A DNA stretch of 64,000 nt from Macrostomum lignano (lineage: Eukaryota), in assembly GCA_002269645.1 (NCBI GenBank), contig NIVC01000797.1, positions 186,001 to 250,000 on the forward strand, read 5' to 3'. A model generated the notes under the pieces. It did not search any database. It was not told where the DNA came from and worked only from the letters and a program-made list of their open reading frames with translations. Made by a program: the position numbers and the translations under genes. Shown here one piece after another: positions 14,101 to 24,800 of the stretch. Position 1 is the stretch's first letter. Each line of letters opens with the position of its first letter.

Positions 14101-16848
14101 ATAAGTGGAAATATCTTGGCCATAGAATAGGTAAAAATATAACTTCTTAAAATCACGATTTTTTAAATTACATTTTCACAACAAAATTTTAACTGCTTGA
14201 GTTGAGCTGACAGCAGATTAAAAGCGACCCAGCCTGCTTCCTGGCGATAAGAATGTTGGGATTGGATCGAAAGAGAGTTAACTTTGAAATTGGAATATAC
14301 TTTTTCACAAGAAATACCCTATAGGCGGTCCCCTAGGAAATCTGAGTGAGTTTACCCCCAACCCCAGTTAATCTCGCACGCGATCCTAAGCGGATATTAA
14401 AAATGTTAGAAAAAATAAGAAGGCAATGTTGTCCGCTTCCGAGATACTTCCAGAAAGTATGGAAGAAGTTTCTTTTAGATTTCTTACATTTTTTGGAATT
14501 TTTAGGCACACTAAACCAGAATAGAAAGTTGATACAGGGCTTGGTCAATTTTTTTATTAGTCTGGCAAAGAAGCAAACTCACTTTAGATAGGGTAAAAAA
14601 TAAAGTGAAATATAATTTTTAACCATAGACTATTGTAACAAACTATTTGTACCATAGACTATTGTACCATAGACTATTGTACCATAGACTATCGTACCAT
14701 AGACTATTGTACCATAGACTATTGTACCATAGACTATTGTACCATAGATTATCGTACCATAGACTATCGTACCATAGACTATTGTACCATAGACTATCGT
14801 ACCATAGACTATCGTACCATAGACTATTGTACCATAGACTATTGTACCATAGACTATTGTACCATAGACTATTGTACCATAGACTAGTGTACCATAGACT
14901 ATTGTACCATAGACTATTGTACCATAGACTATCGTACCATAGACTATCGTACCATAGACTAGTGTACCATAGACTATCGTACCATAGACTATCGTACCAT
15001 AGACTAGTGTACCATAGACTATTGTACCATAGACTATTCTACCATAGACTATTGTACCATAGACTATTGTACCATAGACTATTGTACCATAGACTATTGT
15101 ACCATAGACTATCGTACCATAGACTATTGTACCATTGACTATCGTACCATAGACTATTGTACCATAGACTATTGTTCCATAGACTATTGTACCATAGACT
15201 ATTGTACCATAGACTATTGTACCATAGACTAGTGTACCATAGACTATCGTACCATAGACTAGTGTACCATAAACTATTTCATTATAGACAGCCCGTCAAG
15301 AGAAGTGTTTAACATCAATTTTCGACGCTACAATAGATCTACCTGGTATATAGTCCTTTAAAAACGATGCTCGAGCTTTAACTAAATTATTAGCAAACTT
15401 TTTTTATTACGAAACCATTCTTGTTAATAGTTTTTTTTATTAAAATAGTTCATACATTTGAAGCCTGACCAAACCAGTGCTATTGTTGACCATGGGTTAA
15501 ATTTAGCTATAAAACATAATTGTATGGCAGCTGAGCACGAGCAATGAGAATAGCGTGTTCAGGGGTATCTCAACAGTGTGTGAGAGTGTATGTGTGTGTG
15601 TGTAAATAATCTAGGCTGAGTGAGAGATGCTAAGAGAGGCAGTTTGGGCGTGGCTTGTAACTTTTTGACAGCGGAAATTCATAATTTTACTAGTATATGC
15701 AATTTCACATGCATACTGTCAGGGTTCCACTTTGGCACTGGTATTTTGGAATTTAGAAATGTTTGCAATTTTCTGTTTGACAAGTTCATTAAAGATTTCA
15801 TGCTTTATTGTTGGATTGTTAAAGTTTGACTTGGTCTGGTCTTTCCGTTTCTACTCTCACCTCTCCGCTCTTCCACTCTCTCTCCCACTCTGTCCGCTCT
15901 CTCCCCCGCTCTGTCCGCTCTCCCCCGCTCTGTCCGCTCTCTCCCGCTCTCTCCCACTCTCCGCTCTTCCACTCTCTCACTCTCCCCGCTCTCTCCCACT
16001 CTTTCCGCTCTCTCCCACTCTGTCCGCTCTCTCCCACTCTGTCCGCTCTCTCCCACTCTGTCCGCTCTCTTCCACTCTGTCCGCTCTCTCCCACTCCGTC
16101 CGCTCTCTTCCACTCTGTCCGCTCTCTCCCACTCTCCGCTCTCTCCCACTCTGTCCGCTCTCTCCCACTCTCCGCTCTCTCCCACTCTGTCCGCTCTCTC
16201 CCACTCTCCGCTCTCTCCCACTCTGTCCGCTCTCTCCCACTCTCTTTCCGCTTTTGTTTTCCCTAACTCCTCGCGGTCCCTTCGATCTGTACCTGATTCC
16301 CATCTCCCCTAATTACGCTCGTAGCGCATTAACCATCGCGCAGCCGCCCGCCCCCACCCGCAGACGGCCAGATTATCTCTCTGGTTCTCTACGAAGACTC
16401 TGACGGTAAAATTCGCTCCTTCCTAATCGAAGAGGTCCGAGCTAATTCCGTATCAATGATGTGGCAGGTGCCGCAGTACGTGCTAATCTCAATCGCTGAA
16501 GTGCTCTTCTCCATCTCCGGCCTGGCTCTCTCCTATGCTGAAGCGCCAGCCTCCATGAAATCTCTTGTCCAAGCGCTCTGGCTAATGTGCGTTGCTATTG
16601 GCAACGTGGTTGTTATGGTTGTAAGCGAGGTTAGAATCATACCCTATCAGAGCTACGAGTTCCTGATGTTCGCCCTGCTAATGCTGCTGAACGTGTTTGT
16701 CTTCATCCTATTGGCCATGCGCTATCAGCCATTCAGTGCGGACCCCGACAGTGAGCTGCCAATGGTGCCGCCAACTTCTAAACCGGCCCCATTAACCGAG
16801 CAAGATGATAAGAGCAACGTTAACAGCGGATACACTGCCGAAGACTAA
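8159..16848 (+). CDS. SLC15A1/2: Proton-coupled oligopeptide transporter (POT/PTR2, SLC15 PepT1/PepT2 type); join(8159..9278,11460..11722,12389..12887,16364..16848), 788 aa
   Basis: EFCERFNYFG (ExxERFxYYG-type) and GTGGIKPNV (PTR2 signature) motifs, plus ALFDQMGSRW, PDQMQALN and WQVPQY...AEVLFSISGL. Large extracellular domain lies in exons 2-4. All GT-AG introns have consistent phases (1,0,1) and the total is 2367 nt = 789 codons. Confidence 0.95.
9312..9770. repeat. 35-nt minisatellite (CCTGGGTTCGATTCTGTGACTGTTGCACCTGAGTG), ~13 copies, SLC15 intron 1
   Basis: Direct tandem periodicity. Confidence 0.95.
10185..10544 (-). mobile_element. tRNA-derived SINE, copy 1
   Basis: The - strand starts with an A-box TAGCCCAGCGG and a B-box-like GGCTCGATTCC and ends in an A-rich tail. 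13-bp target-site duplication GATGTTTTTATTT (10172-10184, 10545-10557). Homologous over ~350 bp to 25120-25475. Confidence 0.85.
10690..11300. repeat. 46-47-nt minisatellite (ATAAAACAGGCAGATTGCACAGTTCTATAGCCAATAAACAACCCCCC), ~13 copies, SLC15 intron 1
   Basis: Direct tandem periodicity with a variable C run. Confidence 0.95.
11735..12372. repeat. ~28-nt minisatellite (GCTGGGCCAGCCTCCCAGATCCTCAGTT) filling SLC15 intron 2
   Basis: Tandem periodicity over almost the whole 666-nt intron. Confidence 0.95.
13075..13255. repeat. 23-nt minisatellite (CCTTCCCTAAACCGTTCCTTAAT), ~7 copies
   Basis: Direct tandem periodicity. Confidence 0.9.
13608..14126. repeat. 32-nt minisatellite (CCATAGACTAATGATGAGTGGAGATATCTTGG), ~16 copies
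   Basis: Direct tandem periodicity. Confidence 0.95.
14623..15275. repeat. 15-nt minisatellite (ACCATAGACTATTGT), ~43 copies
   Basis: Direct tandem periodicity; source of the YHRLL pseudo-ORF. Confidence 0.95.
15850..16250. repeat. Pyrimidine-rich ~19-nt repeat (CTCTCTCCCACTCTGTCCG) upstream of SLC15 exon 4
   Basis: Direct tandem periodicity. Confidence 0.9.
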
Positions 16849-17049
16849 GGGGATGACAGCTTATTTTGTTAAGCGTAATTAAGCTGCTGAAAATGCGTCT
16901 TAAGACTGAAGATTTCTTCATTATATTTTTTGTTGTCAGTCAGTTTTTTTTTCATCTCCGCCTCTTGTGCGTACCTCATTATTTATAACTGTGTACTTAA
17001 CTCCTCCGGTAGCAACTGTCCTTTGTGATGCCTGCCTGTGCTTTACATT

Positions 17050-17760
17050 GGGTGATATTGCTGTCAAACAGCTGTGTTCTGAAGGGTGAGATTTTGCTGT
17101 CAAACAGCTGTTCTGAAGGGTGAGATTTTGCTGTCAAACAGCTGTGTTCTGAAGGGTGAGATTTTGCTGTCAAACAGCTGTTCTGAAGGGTGAGATTTTG
17201 CTGTCAAACAGCTGTTCTGAAGGGTGAGATTTTGCCGTCTGTTTTGAAGGGTGAGATTTTGTAGTCAAACTGATATTTTGAAGGGTAAGATTTTGCTGTC
17301 AATCAGATGTTTTTGTAGGGTGAGATTTTGTAGTCAAACTGATATTTTGAAGGGTAAGATTTTGCTGTCAATCAGATGTTTTGTAGGGTGAGATTTTGTA
17401 GTCAAACTGATATTTTGAAGGGTAAGATTTTGCTGTCAATCAGATGTTTTTGTAGGGTGAGATTTTGTAGTCAAACTGATATTTTGAAGGGTAAGATTTT
17501 GCTGTCAATCAGATGTTTTTGTAGTTAAACAGACATTTTAAAGTGGGAGATTTTGTATTCAAGCTGATGTTTTGAAGGATGAGACTTTTAGTAAAATACA
17601 TGTTTTAAACTGTGAGATTTTTAGTCAAACGGCTGTTTTGACGGTGAGATTTTGTATCAAACGACTGTTTTGAAGGGTGAGATTTTGTGGTCAAACGACT
17701 GTTTTGAAGGGTGAGATTTTGTGGTCAAACGGCTGTTTTGAAGGGTGAGATTTTGTTGAA
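17050..17760. repeat. ~33-35-nt minisatellite (GAAGGGTGAGATTTTGCTGTCAAACAGCTGTTCT and variants) downstream of the SLC15 stop
   Basis: Tandem periodicity with variant blocks. Confidence 0.9.
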
Positions 17761-19149
17761 ATAAGCAGGTCCTTTCAAGAGGGATTTGATACCATAAGTG
17801 TCTTGTAAAGGATGAGATTTTTCTTAAAAGTATTTGTCAATATCACGCACAGGTCATCACTCTGTGGACAGTGTGCACTCGTTACATCGATAATTAATTT
17901 ATTATTTTCTATTCTCAAACGACTACTCCTGCGCTCCTGGATTTTAGAATTTTCTCTTGAAGAATTTTGACCTACATTGATACTTCATTTTGCATTGCGC
18001 GTTGACTATTTAAATCAACTTTAAGAATTATTATTAGAGTAAATAAGTATTTGCGTTGTCGCGAGCAATCAATATAAACATTATGTAGGCGGGATATCGC
18101 ATTACTTTCTATGGAGTATTAAATATTATTACCTGCTTGTCAGGTATGATGAGGTGAATCGTTATCGTTTAATTTAATTCTTATTGGCAGGATATCCGTG
18201 ACGTTTTGATAAGTCTGTTTCATTTTTCTGTCAGGCAGACGGACTTAATGTGACGGAGCGTAAATTATATTCCATTCGAATTTATTTTAAATTTTATTTT
18301 TGTTTTAATTGATAAAAGTTTTAAGTCTTATAGATTTGTTTGTTGTTTTTGTTTAAAATTTCTATCGGCCACGGATTTCCCGTGCTTGATTTAAAAAATT
18401 ATTCAATTTTTGTTTAAATGCTTTGTTATAATTGATTTGTGTTGTTTTTTTTGTTTTACTAAACTCAGTGAAAAAAAATCCGTAAGCGCTCTATTGCAAA
18501 TCTTCCTATATGTTTAATCTGTCTTTATATTTGTTATAATCTTTTTCAGCGCTTTCTTGACCAACTATTTTTCCTATATAGAAGTTCCAAATGTACTTGC
18601 GTTTTTATTGTTTGTCGGTTTTGTCCGTGGCTTATTGACCTGTATTATTATTATTTTATTATCACTGCTAATATTATTTTGACGTCTCTTATTGCGGCTC
18701 TTCCCTGTTCTTGTTTATTTTTAAACAATGAACGATTAAAACACCTGAATTGTCTTAGCAAAGTTATATTTATTTTTAATATGTACAATGAAATGCTGTT
18801 ATTCAATAGGCTTATCTTATAACATCAACAGCATAGTTAATTAGATTTTTTGGGTTGGTATAACATTATTATTATTGTCGAAACTGATAAGTTTTATTTA
18901 TTTTTTTCAGTGTTTTTATGCTCGATATTTATATTATTAAATATATATATATATATGTCTGCACACACCATCAGCCCGTGTGCTTTTCTCTCGTCCCAGT
19001 GTGTGCCCGCTTTTTGTGTCGCAGAAAGTCTGTCTGTGTCCATTTTTTTTGTTTAAATTGTTTGTTTAAGTCTTGAAGCATTTGCCCAGCTAGGACTACT
19101 TGCGTGTAGCGTCTGGACGAGTATCTTGTGTCCTCGCTCGCGTGCTTCG

Positions 19150-19525
19150 CCTCTCTTACTTCTCCCTCTCTCTATCTCTCATCTTCCCTTCCCCACTCTC
19201 CCCTCTATCTCCCTACTCTCCATCTCCCCTCCATCTCCTCTCTCCCCTCCATCTCCTCTCTCCCCTCCATCTCCTCTCTCCCCTCCATCTATTTTCAATC
19301 TCCTTTCTCCCCTCCATCTCCCTCTCTCTTCCATCTCCCCTCTCCCCTTCATCTCCCTTTTCTTCTCTATCACTTGATCTCCCTTCTCTCAATCTCTCCT
19401 CCATCTCCCTTCTCTCCATCTCCCTTCCATCTCCCCTCTCTCCTCCATCTCCCCTCCTCCCTCTCCATCTCCCCTCTCCCCTCCATCTCCCTTCCACCTC
19501 CCCTCTTCCCTCCACTCCCATCTCC
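19150..19525. repeat. CT-rich low-complexity repeat (CTCCATCTCCTCTCTCCC-like)
   Basis: Polypyrimidine tandem repeat. Confidence 0.9.
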
Positions 19526-19676
19526 CTTTGCCCTGTTAGAACTGCGATCGGATATTCGATAGTGCACTGTTGCTGGGGAAGTTTCGCTTTAGTGAAGTGA
19601 CTAAAGTGACTTAGGTGACTAATCTAAAATTTCCAAGTTGATTTTTGTTTTGCTTTTCATGAGTCAATCTGTCATC

Positions 19677-20303
19677 ATGGCAACAGCTCCACGCGGCGGA
19701 AGAGGCGGCAGCGGCTTGTCTCCACAGAAGCGGCAGCCGCAGCTGGCTCCGACCGCATCGCCTCTGCTGTCAATCTCTCAACGGCCAGCTGGCTCTGCGC
19801 CGTCCACCGTGTCGCCAGCTGCCGCGGCGTCCAGACGGCGTCAACAGGCATCTCAGCCCGCCGCCTCGCCTGCCTCGGCCTCGTCAACGTCTCGCAGCAG
19901 CGGACTTGACAGCGGCATCGGCAGCGCCAGACAGACGTCAGCAGCGACCGGCGCTTCCGCCGCAGGTCCAGCGACGCCACGCCGGGAGGCTCCCAACGAA
20001 CTGCTAATGGAATTCGTCGAATGCGTTATGACTAAAGATTTTAATAACGCGGCAAAACTATGCGAAATGATTCTGCTGTACGAGCCTAACAATCTGGAGG
20101 CGCTGCAGTTCAGAGCCGTCATCTCAGACAGGCTGCTGCTGGATCAGCTGAGCTCTGGCAACGAAGATGACGACGATGACGACACCGAGGATGGCGATGA
20201 TAGCGACGATGACGACGAAGACGATGACGATGATCAAGAGGATGGAGAAGCTGGAACCGAAGAGGACGAAGGATTGGGCAGCGATTCTAATAGAAATCCT
20301 TGA
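19677..20303 (+). CDS. ERICH2: Glutamate-rich protein 2-like (ERICH2 domain), intronless CDS, 208 aa
   Basis: PNELLMEFVECVMTKDFNNAAKLCEMILLYEPNNLEALQF matches the conserved ERICH2 segment as I recall it. Ser/Ala/Pro-rich N-terminus and acidic tail. ATG 19677 was preferred over the upstream TTG/ATG; the start is uncertain. Confidence 0.8.
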   Translation: MATAPRGGRGGSGLSPQKRQPQLAPTASPLLSISQRPAGSAPSTVSPAAAASRRRQQASQPAASPASASSTSRSSGLDSGIGSARQTSAATGASAAGPATPRREAPNELLMEFVECVMTKDFNNAAKLCEMILLYEPNNLEALQFRAVISDRLLLDQLSSGNEDDDDDDTEDGDDSDDDDEDDDDDQEDGEAGTEEDEGLGSDSNRNP

Positions 20304-20334
20304 TGTTGGCTGCTTGATTCACTGTGGGAAGTAG

Positions 20335-20550
20335 CTTATCTGAGATATGTTTTCCCTTTGATATGCCGCCGGAATTTCCCTTTGATGTGCCGCCGATATC
20401 TCCCTATGATGTGCCGCTGGAATTTTCCTTTGATGTGCCGCCGGTATCTCCCTTTGATGTGCCGCCGGAATTTCCCTTTGATGTGCCGCCGGAATTTCCC
20501 TTTGATGTGCCGCCGGAATTTCCCTTTGATGTGCCGCCGGGATTTCCATT
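20335..20550. repeat. 24-nt minisatellite (TTTCCCTTTGATGTGCCGCCGGAA), ~9 copies, just after the ERICH2 stop
   Basis: Direct tandem periodicity. Confidence 0.95.
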
Positions 20551-21228
20551 CCATCTCAGCTGTCCTAACTTCCCTTTAATGTGTCGTCGCTTTTTCTTTT
20601 TGAAGTACCGCCGTTATTTTCCTAAATTGATGCTTCTCTACTAGTTTTTTGGAGCCATCCAGAGTAATTCATAGTTGGCTTGCCTTAAATACTGAAAGAA
20701 AGTTCCGTGCCTTTTCCAACTTTAACCAAGCTGTTCCGCCCAAATATTGGAACAATTTTTATTCGTTATTATGGCCTTTTTATTTTTTACTTTTTCATTC
20801 CTCACCGAGTAGGTTTTGTGATATTTTTGCTGAATTGGCGTTAAAGTTTCCTGTATGACTAGATCCGCTCTGTAAAGTCCTTTTTCGATACATATCGGCG
20901 AGAAATAAAAAATGACTTTTTGTGAGTAAATAAATCTAGGCTCTTTGTTTTGTACATTTTATTGAGTAGTTGTTTAGTGCATAGCATTCCCTTTACGGCA
21001 AGTTCTATTTTATTCTCTTTTTTTTAATTACTAGATGTAAATTAGCAGTTTTTTTACCTGTCTATTGAACTTTTTTAATTAACCAAATGACCTGCAGATT
21101 TTATGAACGCACAAGAAGCTTTTAAATAATTGATTTTCTGCAGTCCTATATTCTTTCTGTTTCTATTTAGGAACTATCATAGTCTAGACAATCAATTATA
21201 TTGAGTGTCTTCTGCCAGTAGCTATGTT

Positions 21229-21230
<2 letters not shown>

Positions 21231-21306
<76 letters not shown>

Positions 21307-21335
21307 GTGCCTCTCTGTGTGCTTGTCTGTCTGCC
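21231..21335. repeat. (GTCT)n microsatellite
   Basis: Tetranucleotide run. Confidence 0.95.
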
Positions 21336-21389
21336 TACCGAAATACCTTATGTCTAATATACTTAATATAGGTATTTTCATGTATATGT

Positions 21390-21396
21390 AGATGAT

Positions 21397-21436
<40 letters not shown>

Positions 21437-21501
21437 CAGACAGATAGATAGATAGATAGACCGATAGATAGATAGATAGATAGATAGATTGATAGATAGA
21501 C

Positions 21502-21544
<43 letters not shown>

Positions 21545-21656
21545 CAGATAGATAGGTAGATAGGTAGATAGATAGATAGATAGATAGGTAGATAGATAGA
21601 TAGATAGGTAGATAGGTAGATAGATAGATAGGTAGATAGATAGATAGGTAGATAGG

Positions 21657-21699
<43 letters not shown>

Positions 21700-21735
21700 G
21701 TAGATAGATAGATAGATAGATAGGTAGATAGATAA

Positions 21736-21772
<37 letters not shown>
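21390..21772. repeat. (GATA)n microsatellite with GGTA/GACA variants
   Basis: Tetranucleotide run ending a few nt before an AG acceptor at 21779-21780. Confidence 0.95.
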
Positions 21773-21773
<1 letters not shown>

Positions 21774-21812
21774 TCTATAGTACCAGTACACAAACACTTG
21801 CATGCCGGCGCA

Positions 21813-24800
21813 ATGAACTACTTGAATCGGAACGGCTCGCCAATGCTGCACTTCGACACCGAGGTGCCCTTGGATCAGGACACGCATAAGAAAATCGTGG
21901 CTGAGTATGAGAAGCAAAGCCAGACTCGATCGCGTGAGTGACTTACTATTTTCTCTGGGTAGAGACCATATAGTGATTAGAGTTGGAAATTTTGAAATTT
22001 GTATTGTGCATAGACTGATTTCATGAGTGATGGATATTTACAGGAAATGACGAGGGATACAGGGATTGAATGATGAGAGATCCAGGAAGTGAATGAGAGA
22101 TGCAGGGAGTGAATGAGAGATCCAGGAAGTGAATGAGAGATGCAGAGAGTGAATGAGAGATGCAGGGAGTGAATGAGAGATGCAGGGAGTGAATGAGAGA
22201 TCCAGGAAGTGAATGAGAGATGCAGAGAGTGAATGAGAGATGCAGGGAGTTAATGAGAGATGCAGGGAGTGAATGAGAGATCCAGGAAGTGAATGAGAGA
22301 TGCAGAGAGTGAATGAGAGATGCAGGGAGTGAATGAGAGATCCAGGGAGTAAATGAGAGATGCAGAGAGGGAAAGAGAGATGCAGTGAGTGAATGAGAGA
22401 TGCAGAGAGTGAATGAGAGATGCAGGGAGTGAATGAGAGATGCAGGGAGTGAATGAGAGATCCAGGGAGTAAATGAGAGATGCAGGTGTATAATTTATGC
22501 ATCCTTACTTTAGTAGTCATCCGGTCTCCTACTCATAATCGAATTTTAGCATTTCAAATTGGCTCAGTTGAGCTTATCAGCCAAAGAATTGGCAAGCTCG
22601 ACCGGAAGTTAAAAGAGTTCACACCGGACGATGTGTCTAAGGAGAGCCTCTTTGTGGATGACATTGATGTGCGAGCAAATATGAGCGTTGAAGACATTGT
22701 TACTGGTAAGTGCCAATGTTGGACTACAGACACTGTGCAATCTCTGGTGCTACAAAGACACCTCATACTTTGGATCAATATCTGGTGCTACAAAGACCTC
22801 ATTCTTTGGATCAATCTTTGGTGCTACAAAGACCCCTCATACTTTGGATCAATATCTGGTGCTACAAAGACCCCTCATCCTTTGGATCAATATCTGGTGC
22901 TACAAAGACCTCATTCTTTGGATCAACATCTGGTGCTACAAAGAGCCCTCATCCTTTGGATCAATCTTTAGTGCTACAAAGACCCCTCATCCTTTGTATC
23001 AATCTTTGGTGCTACAAAGACCCCAGCTCATACTTTGGATCAATATCTGGTGCTACAAAGACCCCTCATCCTTTGGATCAATCTTTGGTGCTACAAAGAC
23101 CCCAGCTCATACTTTGGATCAATATCTGGTGCTACAAAGAGCCCTCATCCTTTGGATCAATCTTTAGTGCTACAAAGACCCCTCATCCTTTGGATCAATC
23201 TTTGGTGCTACAAAGACCCCAGCTCATACTTTGGATCAATATCTGGTGCTACAAAGACCCCTCATCCTTTGGATCAATCTTTGGTGCTACAAAGACCCCA
23301 GCTCATACTTTGGATCAATATCTGGTGCTACAAAGAGCCCTCATCCTTTGGATCAATCTTTGGTGCTACAAAGACCCCTCATCCTTTGGATCAATCTTTG
23401 GTGCTACAAAGACCTTAGGTCATACTTTGGATCAATCTCTGGTGCTACAAAGAACCATCGCTTTTTTGTGATCTCTAGTGCTACAAAGACCCTTAACTTT
23501 ACTTTATGCTTTATAAATTTGGATTTAAGCCAACCAGAAAATTTACACAGACTCCACTCCTCAGTTCAGTTTTGGTAAGCAATTTGCTTTCTTTTAGCTT
23601 AAGATAATTATTTAGTATTCTTAGATTTTATTATTAAGAAGTTTATTAAATCCCTACCACTTGTTACTTGCCTACTAACAGTAGCTGAATTAGTGTTCGA
23701 TGTGCGTAGCTATTTTCAGTGTTTTATGCTTAAGGGATGCGCCAATTTGTATTTTATTATTATTTCTCATTAAAAAATTCAACAGACCAGCAGATGCTTG
23801 AGAAAACCAAATTTGCTGGTGTTTATTCCTTCGGAACCAGTGAGATCCTTGTTTGTTGGCTTGTTTTGTTTGTTTCCTACTCATCATAACGATTCAAACT
23901 CCTAAAAAAACGTTTGACCTTCAACTGTTTGACGAGTGCTTTCTAAACAACTAGCTCAAGGTTTATTTCAGTTTTTCAATAAAGCAGATAAATTATAGTT
24001 AACATACTCGTATTCTCGTGTTGCCTACTCATAGTAGAGTGTTTGAAATGGAGTAACTTTTTAACAGGATAACTGCAAAAAAACTAGAAAACGTTAGCTA
24101 TACGTATAGCAACATAAAATTCTTACCCAATTATTCCAGACTTCGGCCTGCCCAACTCTGAACGAGTGAAAAAGATTGAGAAGATCTCAATGCAAAAGAA
24201 GACATCGAATTTCTACTCGTCGCCAAAAGGCGCACAAAATGACAGGCCACAATTTGTTGAGGTGCGAATTTTACTTTTTTATCTCCTACTATCTCTCATT
24301 TTATAATGCTCTTAATTATCTCTTCATAAGCGGGGTTGGGAGAGGCCGGACCTGAAGGCGTCCGAACGTCGCGCAGAAGGTCGCGAGTTCGATCCCTGTA
24401 GCGGCAAAATTAATATTCCGGAATTTTCTCAGATCAATAGCATCTGTTGTGTAACTCACGCCCGTTATTAGTCCTTGTTTCTTCCATCTTCTTGCAGCTG
24501 TGCCAGTTTCCCGGCTACAATCAGCGCGAGTTGACGCCGCTGCCGTGCGGAGTTCAACCGGTTGACATCCTGATTCGAGTCATGGCTGCTCAGCCTGGCA
24601 GATTCTCGGTGAGACTGGCTGACAGAGAGACTAGTGAGAGCTAGAGAGGGAGATTGTAGAGCCATGTAGGACCAGCGCTGCCATGTAGAACTTGTCGTTT
24701 AGTGCGCTACTGTTGGAGAACTTTTGCAAGGACGGCTTCTTCTGTGCTTGAGCTTAGTTGTCTATGACTGATTAGGTAGTTGTCTATGACTGATTAGGTA

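Noticed and set aside
21190-21380. Helentron/DINE-like element suggested by (GTCT)n
   Set aside because: Could not identify the subterminal inverted repeats or 3' stem-loop
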